Part shown: piece after piece, positions 19,972-30,395 of the stretch | How the letters are laid out: the number at the start of each line of letters is the position of its first letter | How positions within the stretch are numbered: the stretch's first letter is position 1 | Notes under the pieces: model-generated | What the model saw: only the letters and a program-made list of their open reading frames with translations | Databases searched by the model: none | What the model was told of the DNA's origin: nothing | Made by a program: the position numbers and the translations under genes | NCBI GenBank assembly: GCA_019057385.1 | Contig: JAHQJS010000008.1 | Coordinates: 32,001-96,000, forward strand | DNA: 64,000 bases | Reading direction: 5' to 3' | Origin: Candidatus Borrarchaeum weybense | GTDB taxonomy: Archaea > Asgardarchaeota > Sifarchaeia > Borrarchaeales > Borrarchaeaceae

Positions 19972-21039
19972 ATGATAAACGCAGGCATAATTGGTGCAAG
20001 TGGGTATACTGGCGGTGAATTGTTAAGACTACTTGTAATGCATCCAGAAGTAGAAATTTCATACGTTACGTCTGAAAGATACGTGGGTGAATATGTCCAT
20101 CGTCTTCATCCGAATTTAAAAGGCTTACTTCAAATGAAATTTTCGTCTCGTAAAACAGTAGATTTATGCAATTGTGACGTGATTTTCACGGCAACTCCAC
20201 ATGGCGCATCCATGAGTTATGTACCAGATCTAATAACGGAGTGTGACATAAAAATTATTGACTTGTCAGCAGATTTTCGACTCAAGAATCCAGAGAAATA
20301 TGATGAATATTACAGCCGTACGCACCCAAATCCTCAGTTATTGAGTGAAGCTGTTTACGGGATCGCAGAACTTCATCGTGAAGAGATAAAAAAAGCAAGG
20401 ATTGTTGCATGCCCTGGCTGTCTGGCAGCTAGCGCAATTATTTCTTTATTCCCTATTTTCAAAGAACTTGCCGACCAAATAGATTTAAAGCGGATTATTG
20501 TTGATAGCAAAATTGGTAGTTCTGCAGCGGGAGCAACACCTTCAACCGCAACTCACCATCCGCATAGAGCGGGCATTGTTCGACCATATAAACCCACTGG
20601 TCACCGACATACAGCAGAAATAGAACAGGAACTTCAAGAAGCTTCTGGCAAACCTGTAGAAGTCTTTATGACGCCACATGCGGTTGACATCATTAGAGGT
20701 ATTTTGAGCACCTCTCACGTTTTTCTTGATGGCGGAACTGAGGTAAGTGAAAATGCGATTTGGAGAATTTATAGAAATTTCTATAGAGATGAGCCTTTTA
20801 TTAGATTTATCAGAGACAAAAAAGGTCTTTATAGATATCCAAATCCTAAAAATGTTATAGGAACGAATTACGCAGACATTGGATTCGATATAGAATCAAA
20901 AGGCGTTAAACGTATTGTTGTATTTTCAGCAATTGATAATCTCGTTAAAGGTGCTGCAGGAGCTGCTGTTCAGAGTTTGAATCTTATGTTTGGGATGGAA
21001 GAAACAACTGCTCTCACCTTTCCGGGATTACATCCTTAA
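19972..21039 (+). CDS. lysY: [LysW]-aminoadipate/glutamate phosphate reductase (ArgC family)
   Basis: GASGYTGGEL, DLSADFRL, ACPGC, HRHTAEI, DNLVKGAAG. Confidence 0.92.
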   Translation: MINAGIIGASGYTGGELLRLLVMHPEVEISYVTSERYVGEYVHRLHPNLKGLLQMKFSSRKTVDLCNCDVIFTATPHGASMSYVPDLITECDIKIIDLSADFRLKNPEKYDEYYSRTHPNPQLLSEAVYGIAELHREEIKKARIVACPGCLAASAIISLFPIFKELADQIDLKRIIVDSKIGSSAAGATPSTATHHPHRAGIVRPYKPTGHRHTAEIEQELQEASGKPVEVFMTPHAVDIIRGILSTSHVFLDGGTEVSENAIWRIYRNFYRDEPFIRFIRDKKGLYRYPNPKNVIGTNYADIGFDIESKGVKRIVVFSAIDNLVKGAAGAAVQSLNLMFGMEETTALTFPGLHP

Positions 21040-21057
21040 TTAGTTGGAAGTGATGAT

Positions 21058-21861
21058 ATGCGCATCGTAGTTAAAGTAGGAGGTACTCTTATCGCAGAAC
21101 CAGATATCTTTACAAATATCGCACAAGACTTCCAAGAAATAACAACTACAAATCAATATGTTTTGGTTCATGGAGGCGCTAAAATAGTGAATAAAGTCGC
21201 CGAAAAGATGGGCAAAGAACAAAGATTTGTTACGTCAGCGAGCGGCTTTAGAAGTAGATATACTGATCGCGAGACCATGGAAATTTTTGAGATGGTTATG
21301 GCTGGTAAAATAAACAAAGAACTCGTTGTTTCACTACAGAACAACGGTATAAATGCAATCGGCCTGTCTGGAGTTGATGGAGGCTTAATTCGTGCACAAA
21401 GAAAAGGTAGAATAAAGATTATCGACGAAAACGGACGAAAGCGGATGATTAGCGGCGATTATACTGGAAAGATTAATGAAGTCGATGGGAACTTGCTTAC
21501 CCTCCTTCTTGAAAATGGTTATTTACCTGTAGTTGCCCCTATCGCGCTCTCTCATGAATATGAACCATTAAATTGTGATGGTGATAGAACTGCTGCTTAT
21601 ATTGCTAGCGCCGTTTCAGCTGATAAACTTATCCTTTTGACTGATGTCTCAGGTCTTTTAGTTAACGATAATGTAGTTCCTGTATTGACTGCTGCAGAGG
21701 CAAAAAATGAAATCGATAAGATCGGTGCTGGCATGAAGAAAAAGGTCTTTGGAGCATTAGAAGCCCTTGAAGGAAATGTTAAAGAAGTTATAATTGCATC
21801 TGGTCTTGTAGATGCTCCAATAAGTCAGGCTTTAGAACATAAAGGTACGGTGATATCATGA
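21058..21861 (+). CDS. lysZ: [LysW]-aminoadipate/glutamate kinase (ArgB family)
   Basis: VVKVGG, VHGG, SRYTD, GDYTGKI, LNCDGD, GMKKK. Confidence 0.92.
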   Translation: MRIVVKVGGTLIAEPDIFTNIAQDFQEITTTNQYVLVHGGAKIVNKVAEKMGKEQRFVTSASGFRSRYTDRETMEIFEMVMAGKINKELVVSLQNNGINAIGLSGVDGGLIRAQRKGRIKIIDENGRKRMISGDYTGKINEVDGNLLTLLLENGYLPVVAPIALSHEYEPLNCDGDRTAAYIASAVSADKLILLTDVSGLLVNDNVVPVLTAAEAKNEIDKIGAGMKKKVFGALEALEGNVKEVIIASGLVDAPISQALEHKGTVIS

Positions 21862-23057
21862 ACTCACAAGAGATAATGCAACTTGAAGATGAATACCTCT
21901 CAAATGTGTATCCGAAGCGAAATGTGGCTATAGTGAAAGGACAGGGCGCTTTACTATGGGATGCTGATGGAAAGGAATACATAGATTGTATTGGCGGTCA
22001 TGGTTCCTGTAATATCGGTCATTGCCATCCTCGTGTCATAAAAGCTATAGAAGAACAATTACCAAAACTCATGATTTGCCCTAGCATCTTATATAGCGAT
22101 ATTCGGGCTGTTTTCGGAGAAAAAATTGCAAAACTCACTCCAAGCGGTTTAAGCAAAAGTTTTTTGAGCAATAGTGGTGCTGAAGCGGTAGAATGCGCTA
22201 TAAAACTTGCACGGAAATATACCAAAAAAACTGATATCCTTGCGATGAAAAAGGGCTTTCACGGTCGTCTAGGCTTTTGTCTATCAGCGACATGGAAACC
22301 AAAATATAGAAAACCCTTTGAACCGCTTAACCCAGGTTTCTCTCATGCAAAATTTGGAGATATTCAATCGATAAAAGATGCAATAACCGAAAAAACAGCC
22401 GCCGTACTCGTTGAATCGATACAGGGTGAAGGAGGGATAAATCCCGCACCAGAAGGATTTCTTCAAGAGTTGCGAGAACTATGTAATGCAAAAGATATTC
22501 TGTTTATTCTTGATGAAATCCAAACAGGATTTGGACGAACTGGTAAAATGTTTGCTTGCGAACACTGGGACGTCGTTCCTGACATAATGTGTCTCGCTAA
22601 ATCAGTTGCTGGCGGTGTTCCTATGGGAGTGACTTTGGCAAAAGAAAACATTATGAATGCGTTCGATCCTGGCGAACACGGAACAACCTTTGGCGGAAAT
22701 CCGATAGCATGTGCTGCTGCAAATGCTTCACTTGATGTGTTGGTAGATGAGCGACTTCCTGAACGTGCTTCAGAAATAGGCGCATATTTCAAGAAAAAAC
22801 TCTCACAATTAAAAGAAAAATACAAGATCATACGTGATGTACGTGGCACGGGTCTGATGATTGGTGTTGAACTTCGATTTGACTGTAGAGATATACTTCT
22901 GGGTGCCTTGGAACGTGGTATTCTGATTCTCTCTGCCGGGCGGAACGTGCTCAGATTCCTACCCCCTCTAGTTATTAAAGAAGAGCATATTGACTACGTC
23001 ATAGATACTTTAAACGAGTTGTTTAGGGAGCAAGAAGCAAATTGGATGAAAAAATAG
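21858..23057 (+). CDS. lysJ: [LysW]-semialdehyde transaminase (class III PLP, ArgD family)
   Basis: NSGAEAVE, FHGR, DEIQTGFGRTG, AKSVAGG, HGTTFGGNP. Confidence 0.92.
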   Translation: MNSQEIMQLEDEYLSNVYPKRNVAIVKGQGALLWDADGKEYIDCIGGHGSCNIGHCHPRVIKAIEEQLPKLMICPSILYSDIRAVFGEKIAKLTPSGLSKSFLSNSGAEAVECAIKLARKYTKKTDILAMKKGFHGRLGFCLSATWKPKYRKPFEPLNPGFSHAKFGDIQSIKDAITEKTAAVLVESIQGEGGINPAPEGFLQELRELCNAKDILFILDEIQTGFGRTGKMFACEHWDVVPDIMCLAKSVAGGVPMGVTLAKENIMNAFDPGEHGTTFGGNPIACAAANASLDVLVDERLPERASEIGAYFKKKLSQLKEKYKIIRDVRGTGLMIGVELRFDCRDILLGALERGILILSAGRNVLRFLPPLVIKEEHIDYVIDTLNELFREQEANWMKK

Positions 23058-24127
23058 AATTTTTGAAGCAAGTGCTTGAGATTTACAGCCCAAGCGGGGA
23101 TGAACAAAAGTTAGCGGAATTTCTATGTTCAAAAATGAAACAACTTGGCTTGAATTCATGGATTGATGAAGTAGGCAATGTTATTGGAGAAATCGGTAGT
23201 GGGCGTCCAATTCTTCTTTTTTTACCACATATAGATACAGTTCCAGGATATATTCCAGTCGAAGAAAGAAATGGAATAATCACAGGGCGTGGGGCGGTAG
23301 ATACTAAATCTTCTCTTGTTGCAATGATCATAGCTGCCTCAAGTTTTGTCGATAAGGAAATCCCTGGTAAAATTAAAATAATAGGGGTTGTCCAAGAAGA
23401 GACCGATTCAAAAGGCGCCAGATTTCTATTAGAAAAAGGCATTGACGCAGATTATATTGTCATTGGAGAACCCAGCGGATGCGGTGGAATTACTTATGCG
23501 TATAAGGGGAGGCTAGATTGCAAATTATCCCTTAGCACTGAAACTGGGCATACAGGTGCATGTTGGCAATATAAAAATGCGATAGAATCCGCCTTTGAAC
23601 TGTGGACTACAATCGTAGAGAGCATAGAACACTATGAAGAAGGAAGTTATTTCAACTCAGTCATTCCATGCCTTACGTTTATTCAAGGAGGAAGATACGA
23701 AAACATCGTTCCCAATGAATGCGAAATGAGGTTTGATGTCCGCTATCCACCAAAATATACTTCCAAAGAGTTGTTTAATGAGATTCAATCTTGTGTTGAA
23801 AGGTTTAAGGCTCAAAATCAAGTAAAAATTGAAATCAGCTTAATTTCAGCATCGGAAGCAATTGAGACTGATAAACGCTCAGATTTGATGAAAGCCTTTA
23901 AGAAAGCAATTAGAAAGGTTCTAAAGGGCCATCCTCGTTTGATTCGAAAGACTGGTAGTTCGGATATGAATGAAATTGGGGCACAAATACCAATTCCACT
24001 AGTTGCATACGGTCCTGGAGATTCTAAACTTGATCATTCACCAAATGAGCGTATTGAGATTCACGAATTTATTTCAAGTATTGAAGTTTTAAAAGAAGTT
24101 GTTTTAGATATTCTAAGTGCTTGTTAA
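23042..24127 (+). CDS. lysK: [LysW]-lysine/ornithine hydrolase (M20 peptidase)
   Basis: HIDTVPG, GRGAVD, QEE, IGEPS, YGPGDSKLDH. Confidence 0.9.
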   Translation: MDEKIEFLKQVLEIYSPSGDEQKLAEFLCSKMKQLGLNSWIDEVGNVIGEIGSGRPILLFLPHIDTVPGYIPVEERNGIITGRGAVDTKSSLVAMIIAASSFVDKEIPGKIKIIGVVQEETDSKGARFLLEKGIDADYIVIGEPSGCGGITYAYKGRLDCKLSLSTETGHTGACWQYKNAIESAFELWTTIVESIEHYEEGSYFNSVIPCLTFIQGGRYENIVPNECEMRFDVRYPPKYTSKELFNEIQSCVERFKAQNQVKIEISLISASEAIETDKRSDLMKAFKKAIRKVLKGHPRLIRKTGSSDMNEIGAQIPIPLVAYGPGDSKLDHSPNERIEIHEFISSIEVLKEVVLDILSAC

Positions 24128-24142
24128 TGCGCATGCTATTAA

Positions 24143-25105
24143 TTATTCCTTTTTCTTCAAAGAATATGTATATGCAGCCGCCAGAGCTTCAATAATAATT
24201 GCAGTCGCGTTAGATGCAGTAATTCCTGCAGAATCATGAGGCGGGGCGACCTCAACTAGATCCATCGCAACCATACGTTGCCCGAGTATGGCTAACATCT
24301 TGAACAATTCCCAGGGAGTTAAGCCGCCAGGTTCATGTAATCCTGATCCAGGGGCAAAGGCAGGGTCGAGCACATCAATATCTATTGAGAGATAAAAAGA
24401 CTTTGTATTCTTTGTAGCAATCTCTACGCTTTTCTTAGCTATTTTTTCCAGACCTTCTTCGCGTATATCATATATACTAAACCTACTTATGCCTGCTTTA
24501 TCGACTTCTTCTTCGTGTTCAGGATGACTTGCATATCCTGAATACCCTATCACAACAATATTTGTTGGATCAATAAATGGCAATTCACTGGTTCTTCGAA
24601 GACTACAAGAGTGCGAATAACGTTGCCCTGGAGGGTATTCATTATCAAAATCAAGGTGGCTATCGACCCAAATAACCCCTATGTTTTCTTTGAGTATATC
24701 ATGAGCCTTTATTGCTGGATAAGTAATTGAGTGGTCGCCTCCAATAATAGCAGATGTTATATTCTTTTTAATCAACTGTTTAACAGTTTCATAAATTGCC
24801 ATGTGACTCTTTTCAACATTGCCTGGAATAACGGGCACATCACCAGCATCAATAATGGTCAAATCATTCAAATCGAATTTAGATCTAAGAGAATATCCCG
24901 AAAAACTAGTAGAAGCCTCTCTGATAGCACGTGGTGCTAGGCGGGCTCCCGGTCTATGAGTTGTTGTCTCATCTAGAGGGACGCCTACAATTGCAACGTC
25001 TACATTTCGTAGGCTTTCAATGTCTTTGATATTCACATGTGGAAACTTAAGAAAGGTTGGGATTCCTGCGTAAGGAGCTTCAAAATCCTCCAATACTCTC
25101 ACCAA
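24143..25105 (-). CDS. speB: Agmatinase / ureohydrolase family
   Basis: GGDHS, DSHLD, SIDIDVLDPAFAPG, EVAP. Confidence 0.85.
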   Translation of the reverse strand: MVRVLEDFEAPYAGIPTFLKFPHVNIKDIESLRNVDVAIVGVPLDETTTHRPGARLAPRAIREASTSFSGYSLRSKFDLNDLTIIDAGDVPVIPGNVEKSHMAIYETVKQLIKKNITSAIIGGDHSITYPAIKAHDILKENIGVIWVDSHLDFDNEYPPGQRYSHSCSLRRTSELPFIDPTNIVVIGYSGYASHPEHEEEVDKAGISRFSIYDIREEGLEKIAKKSVEIATKNTKSFYLSIDIDVLDPAFAPGSGLHEPGGLTPWELFKMLAILGQRMVAMDLVEVAPPHDSAGITASNATAIIIEALAAAYTYSLKKKE

Positions 25106-25111
25106 AAAGAG

Positions 25112-25429
25112 TTAAGACTCGTGGGTTTCTACTTCCTCTATAATTACCTTTCCAGCTACAGTTTGATCAATGCTATGGATTACAGCTCCAGACTCCTCCA
25201 AGGATTTCGCAATTAACTCGTAATCCAACGAATTTCCTTCAATCGTGATTTTTACCGATTCGGTATTCTTGTCTACTTCGATTAAACTAATATTTACGCC
25301 AGCTACACCACTCAATCGACTCAATTCGACTGAAAGTTCGGGAAGAAGTGGCATATGTGGTTTTAAAACATCCAGAACTAATCGTTTTAAACCTCTTTCC
25401 TTCGTTGATTCTGACATTTTGACAGACAT
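25112..25429 (-). CDS. DUF211 family protein
   Basis: LKRLVLDVLKPH...GAVIHSIDQ signature. Confidence 0.85.
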   Translation of the reverse strand: MSVKMSESTKERGLKRLVLDVLKPHMPLLPELSVELSRLSGVAGVNISLIEVDKNTESVKITIEGNSLDYELIAKSLEESGAVIHSIDQTVAGKVIIEEVETHES

Positions 25430-25463
25430 CCAGTTTAATTCAGTTCTTTTATTCTTATATGGT

Positions 25464-26150
25464 TTATATCTCTAACACTTTTTGAACTATTTCAGGAATC
25501 TCGTCTAGTGAATTAATTAAATAGTCATATTTTTCTTCTTTTAATAATTCCTTTTCATTTCGCGGTGTGAGAACTCCAACTGTGATTGCATTCATTAGAT
25601 TGCCTGCCTCAATATCAATAGTATGATCTCCAATTACAATGGATTCGTTTCCTTTAACTCCGAGTTTTCCGAGACAGTTGCGTAAATATTTCATTTTTAT
25701 GCTCTTTTCATAAAAATCACTCACGCTATTTCTTGTAACGACCGCATCAAAGATTTCCAAGAGGTTGTTTGCCTTTGTAAGTAATATTTCAACTATTTTT
25801 CTCTGATTGAGCGTAAAAATCCCTAACTTTAGATTCATCTCTTTTAGTGTTTTTAAGACTTCTGAAACGCCTGTGATTACTGCATTATTCTTTGCACCCT
25901 CTAACTCATAAAAATCAATGATTTCCTCTGTTTCACGCTCAAGGGTGTCTATATCTTTATTGTTCAATAATTCACGTGCCTTCTTCAATGTAACTCTTAT
26001 AGGATCTTTAACATCAAATATATCCTCAGAGATGCCCGTCTCTGCAATTTTATTGATAATTCCTCTCCTTAAAGCTATGTAATCCATCTTAAATGGAACA
26101 AGAGTTCCGTCAAAGTCAAAAACAGCCGCTTTAATGCGCAAAATTCTCAC
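25464..26150 (-). CDS. HAD-superfamily hydrolase
   Basis: FDFDGTL motif I, IGDHTID motif IV. Confidence 0.9.
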   Translation of the reverse strand: MRILRIKAAVFDFDGTLVPFKMDYIALRRGIINKIAETGISEDIFDVKDPIRVTLKKARELLNNKDIDTLERETEEIIDFYELEGAKNNAVITGVSEVLKTLKEMNLKLGIFTLNQRKIVEILLTKANNLLEIFDAVVTRNSVSDFYEKSIKMKYLRNCLGKLGVKGNESIVIGDHTIDIEAGNLMNAITVGVLTPRNEKELLKEEKYDYLINSLDEIPEIVQKVLEI

Positions 26151-26314
26151 ACTGAGTTTTTTTAATTGAAGTTATCATTTTATATTGCATTTTCTTAAAA
26201 GCTTTAAATAATTTGACTTGTCAGATATCTAACTTCAAAGAATTATGTATGTGGTATGTCAGTATATTTGACAAATTAAATACGATTTAAGTTATTTAAG
26301 GAGGCTAATTAAAA

Positions 26315-26698
26315 ATGGGGTTAATTAAAGAAAAGGCTAAGAAACAAAAAAATATTGCAGATAAAGAAATGGAAATCGCGAAAAAACGAAAGAATATTGC
26401 AAATAAATTAGAAAACATAGGAAAGGAAGAAGATAAAGTTCTAGATTTAGAAAAGGATGTCGCTAATCTTAAGAGAGATCTTGAAAATAAAAATGCTGAC
26501 GTTCATAAGGCTAAAAATGAGAAAGACAAGGCAAACAAAGAAAAGAAAGCAGCAGAAGCTAAAGAAAAACTAGCGAAGAAAGAAAAAGAAGTGGCACAAA
26601 TAAAAGAACAATTTGAAAAAAGAAAGTTAGAAGTTACGGACCTTGAGAAAAAAATCAATGAATTAGAGCGTAAGATTATAGAGATCAAAGGGCAGTAA
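26315..26698 (+). CDS. Lys/Glu-rich coiled-coil hypothetical protein
   Basis: AGGAGG RBS; heptad-like K/E-rich sequence. Confidence 0.7.
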   Translation: MGLIKEKAKKQKNIADKEMEIAKKRKNIANKLENIGKEEDKVLDLEKDVANLKRDLENKNADVHKAKNEKDKANKEKKAAEAKEKLAKKEKEVAQIKEQFEKRKLEVTDLEKKINELERKIIEIKGQ

Positions 26699-26808
26699 TC
26701 AATACTAATACTTTCTTGGTCATTTTTCTTCCTTTTTCAAAGGATTATCTAACGAGAAATTAGTTAATCTATTATTTCTTTCATATTTTCCTCTATTTTG
26801 GTGAAAAA

Positions 26809-27144
26809 ATGTCTTTGGATGAGTTTCTAACAAAAAAAAAGAAGGGTTCTAAAGAGCCTCCCTTAAAGGATGAACCCCTCGAACCCCTCCCTGATCCAAT
26901 TACAGAAAGTGAACCATTTAACACTAGTACGTCTGAAGATTTATGGTCTATCTTGGTAGAGGCAGTCAAAGGTGACGTTGTTTTGTTCCCTAATTTGAAG
27001 GCTTATGTTCAAGGTCAAATCCTGCCACGTGAACCCGATATTTCTCCTAAGGAATTAGCATCACGATTGAATATTTCAATTGGTACTGCAATGGTTTTGC
27101 TTTCTGAAATAAAGTCTAATTCTATATCCAACGATCAAAGATAA
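26809..27144 (+). CDS. Hypothetical protein with C-terminal HTH-like segment
   Basis: GGTGA RBS; SLDEFL N-terminus; ISPKELASRLNISIG. Confidence 0.6.
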   Translation: MSLDEFLTKKKKGSKEPPLKDEPLEPLPDPITESEPFNTSTSEDLWSILVEAVKGDVVLFPNLKAYVQGQILPREPDISPKELASRLNISIGTAMVLLSEIKSNSISNDQR

Positions 27145-27260
27145 TTTAAAGCTTTAAGATGCTTTGTTTTTTCCTAAAACACCTTGAGATAACTTATTAA
27201 CAAGAAAATAGATCTCTCTATTTTTCGTGCATTTTTATTAGTTTAATATATCCAAATTTC

Positions 27261-27593
27261 GTGGTGCTTAAATTGCCTATCAAGCATCAAATTATGATAC
27301 TGATGGACACTCAGAGCAAAGTCAATGAAAGAAAAGAAGATATACAAACAAAAATCGCACTTCTTGAAGCATGGATAAAAGCAGAAGAACAAATCGTCGA
27401 GAAATTGGTAGAAATTGCTCATTTCATCCTGGGAGAACTTGATGGGATTTATAGTCAGAAAGAGATTTTACCCTTTAATGTAAACAATCGAGAACTTCTT
27501 TTTGAACTTATCGGCAAATATATGAGTATGTGTGCTAATATGTCAGAAAAACTGACGGCAATTCAAATCGGAAATACTATTTTGGACACCTGA
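27261..27593 (+). CDS. Hypothetical helical protein
   Basis: ORF track; start uncertain. Confidence 0.5.
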   Translation: MVLKLPIKHQIMILMDTQSKVNERKEDIQTKIALLEAWIKAEEQIVEKLVEIAHFILGELDGIYSQKEILPFNVNNRELLFELIGKYMSMCANMSEKLTAIQIGNTILDT

Positions 27594-27716
27594 TTTATTT
27601 TGTACTGTTCAATCTTTTCCTTTGTTAACTTAGTTATAATTGCCTCTTTTTTCAAAATTAAATAATAGAACTTGGAATAACTATCTTCTCAAAAATAAAA
27701 AGAGTATTAGATGTGA

Positions 27717-28391
27717 ATGAAAATAGGTGTAATAGGCGGTACAGGAAGTCATGGTGGAGGATTAGCTCTTAGGTGGGCTATTGCAGGAGAAAATGTTGCA
27801 ATCGGTTCTCGTTCATTAGATAAAGCGATAAAAGCAGTCAATAAGTATCAAGATATTGTGAAAGTTAGTAGTGGCAAAGCAATAAAACTAGAAGGGCGCG
27901 AAAATCCTGATGCTGCAAAGGATTGTGATGTTGTAGTTCTTTCTGTTCCTTATACTAGCCAAGTTCAAATGCTCCATGAAATTCAACCTTTTATGAATCC
28001 AGAAACCATTCTCATAGATGTGTCAGTTCCTCTTGAATGGAAAAATGGTCAACCTACACCAGTAGCAATCCCTGAAGGATCATGTGCAGAACGCGCTGCT
28101 AGTGTCTTAAAAGATAGTGATATCATTGTGATAGGCGCTTTTAAGACAATTGGTGCATATAGTCTCCGCGACGTTCTTATTGATTTAAAGGGTGATGTTT
28201 TTCTTTGCGGTGAAGACGAAGATGCCAAAGAAACAGTTGCGCAATTGGTAAAAAAAATCAAAAAATTGAGACCCCTAGATGCTGGACCCTTAAGCAGTTC
28301 AAGAGCATCTGAGTTGATGGTTCCGCTGCTTATTAATTTGAACAAACGCTACAAATCTAAGCAAGCTTACATAAAAGTACTTAATATTTAG
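27717..28391 (+). CDS. fno: NADPH-dependent F420 reductase
   Basis: IGGTGSHGGGLALRWA, IGSR, EGSCAE, LDAGPL, LINLN. Confidence 0.9.
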   Translation: MKIGVIGGTGSHGGGLALRWAIAGENVAIGSRSLDKAIKAVNKYQDIVKVSSGKAIKLEGRENPDAAKDCDVVVLSVPYTSQVQMLHEIQPFMNPETILIDVSVPLEWKNGQPTPVAIPEGSCAERAASVLKDSDIIVIGAFKTIGAYSLRDVLIDLKGDVFLCGEDEDAKETVAQLVKKIKKLRPLDAGPLSSSRASELMVPLLINLNKRYKSKQAYIKVLNI

Positions 28392-28401
28392 GATCAATTA
28401 A

Positions 28402-29121
28402 TTATAAGGTTCCTCGTAAAGTGTTTACGATTTCCATTATCTCCTTAGCTTCATCTTCTGAGGTAATTCCAACAGCTACAGCATCAATATTTTGTTGGAA
28501 AAGGAATTCTAATGCATCTTGAGGCGCAATCTCGCCTGCGGCTAATGGTTTCATCGCGATAATTTTTGTATTTGAGCTATTTTCGTTTATGACTTTTAAT
28601 AAGTCTTTGAGATCATTAACAAACTTACCCATTGCGTTTAAAGGTGTCATAAGATATTCAAGATCCAAACCACTTTGAAGCAATTTTGGCAGCGTTTCGT
28701 TTGGGCTATGTGTTGCTGCGCCTGGGATTGCAAATTCTCGTACTTGTTTAACAAATTTTACTAAGGTTTCATAATCATTTGACATGAGAGCTTTATCAGT
28801 GATTGCTCCATGAGCGAGTACAACTTCCGCTTTCATGTCTGCAAGATTCCACAGACTTTCTTGTATTTCTCTCGGTGGCACACTTGCAATTATAGGAATA
28901 TGTTGTCCCGTATTCTCTCGTGCGACATAAAGGGCATCTAATATCCTAGGATATGCCACAGCTTGGATCCCATCAAATTTTAGCTCAATGGCCGTCATAA
29001 ACATCTTTATCATGTTTTCAGGCTTGTTCCAAAACGTTTCATAGTAAACTCTTGAGCGGCTTCCGAACTGTCCTGCTCCCATAAAAGGGCTTGTACCCAT
29101 GTAAACCTCTATTTTTTTCAA
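28402..29121 (-). CDS. Aldo/keto-reductase-like TIM-barrel protein
   Basis: MGTSPFMGAGQFG, PGAATH, IIAMKPLAAG. Confidence 0.65.
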   Translation of the reverse strand: MKKIEVYMGTSPFMGAGQFGSRSRVYYETFWNKPENMIKMFMTAIELKFDGIQAVAYPRILDALYVARENTGQHIPIIASVPPREIQESLWNLADMKAEVVLAHGAITDKALMSNDYETLVKFVKQVREFAIPGAATHSPNETLPKLLQSGLDLEYLMTPLNAMGKFVNDLKDLLKVINENSSNTKIIAMKPLAAGEIAPQDALEFLFQQNIDAVAVGITSEDEAKEIMEIVNTLRGTL

Positions 29122-29195
29122 AAAAGCTCCTCCTCATAGAAAATTAAATTGAAGAAAAATCTTTCGGGTTCTAGTGCATAGAGCATTTTGATATC

Positions 29196-29933
29196 CTATT
29201 CACTATTTCGATTGTTACAATCATTTTTTGAAATTAATTCTTCCTTTGAAAATTGATGCTTTTTTGCTATCTCTTCTAATGCAAGTTCAGCTTCTTGACG
29301 AACATCGGGGCTTTTGTCCTTTTTTAATGCTTCAACTAACGGTTTTATTGCCCGTGTATCACCAATCTCTCCAAGCGCCCAAGCAGTCCAGTCTCTAATA
29401 TTTGACTCCTTTTCTTTTTTTTCATCAATCAATGAAATTAGTGGAAGTACGGCAGCTTTAGCATCTTTTATTGCTCCTAAAGCTCTGACTGCCGCCCAAC
29501 GGACTCTTCCATTATTTGAGTTCAGATTCTGCAGTAAATAGGGTACTGCTGTTACGATCTTCATCTTTCCAAGCGCTAATGACGCTTCGCTTCTTATTTG
29601 CGGATCTTTATCACTAAGAAGTGGAATCAAAAAAGGAATCGCTTTTTGTTCCCCTATTTTTCCTAAAGACTCAACTAAGGCTTCTCTAACATAAGAATTT
29701 GTCTCATCCTTTAATGTTCTAATTAAGAATGGAAAGGCTCTTTTATCTTGCATTTCGCCCAGTATTTCAGCTATTTTGTATCTTACATACCACGAATCAT
29801 GTTGAAGTGCATCAGTCAATTGACCAATAGCATTCTTCCCTATAGCAATCAGCTCTTTAATAATCTCCATATTGTCTTTGGTGCTTATGCCATTAATTAA
29901 TTCCTTTATTCTGCTGCTGGACATTTTTTCCAC
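29196..29933 (-). CDS. HEAT-repeat (PBS lyase-like) protein
   Basis: Repeated VR..A..ALG.I.D..A...L...L units. Confidence 0.9.
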   Translation of the reverse strand: MEKMSSSRIKELINGISTKDNMEIIKELIAIGKNAIGQLTDALQHDSWYVRYKIAEILGEMQDKRAFPFLIRTLKDETNSYVREALVESLGKIGEQKAIPFLIPLLSDKDPQIRSEASLALGKMKIVTAVPYLLQNLNSNNGRVRWAAVRALGAIKDAKAAVLPLISLIDEKKEKESNIRDWTAWALGEIGDTRAIKPLVEALKKDKSPDVRQEAELALEEIAKKHQFSKEELISKNDCNNRNSE

Positions 29934-30247
29934 GATGTTGCACTCTAAAACAAAACATCTTGAGTGTTATAGTATTTCCTTCTTGAATAGTCTAGTCAGA
30001 GTTTTAATCCATGAATAATTTTTTAATCATTTGATTTCCTTTTGATGAATGATTTCTTAAATTTCATTAAAGAATGAATTTGAAAAACTATACAATTCTA
30101 ATTGATTTCATGACATTAAGAAGCTATGTACTGTAGTGTTAGTCCTGGTATTCACACAAAATTAATTCTAATTATGTTACTTACGATATTGGATCATACT
30201 CATTCGTTAGAAGAGCTATGAAAAAAAATCCCTCGTCTAAAAGAAAC

Positions 30248-30257
30248 TTTTATAAAT
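30248..30257 (+). promoter_or_regulatory. Probable BRE/TATA of the ribosomal protein operon
   Basis: aagaaac-TTTTATAAAT upstream of the repeat and rpl22. Confidence 0.5.
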
Positions 30258-30285
30258 ATTTCAAAAAATAGGAAGAGGTACTAAT

Positions 30286-30395
30286 AGAAGGATTATTCAG
30301 ATTACGCAAAAATCATAAAGAAGGATTATTCAGATTACGCAAAAATCATAAAGAAGGATTATTCAGATTACGCAAAAATCATAAAGAAGGATTAT
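30286..30395 (+). repeat. Perfect tandem repeat, 3 x 33 bp + 11 bp
   Basis: Unit agaaggattattcagattacgcaaaaatcataa at 30286, 30319 and 30352, partial at 30385; no spacers. Confidence 0.95.

Noticed and set aside
30286-30395. 33-bp repeats as a CRISPR array
   Set aside because: Units are directly adjacent with no spacers, and no cas genes are nearby.
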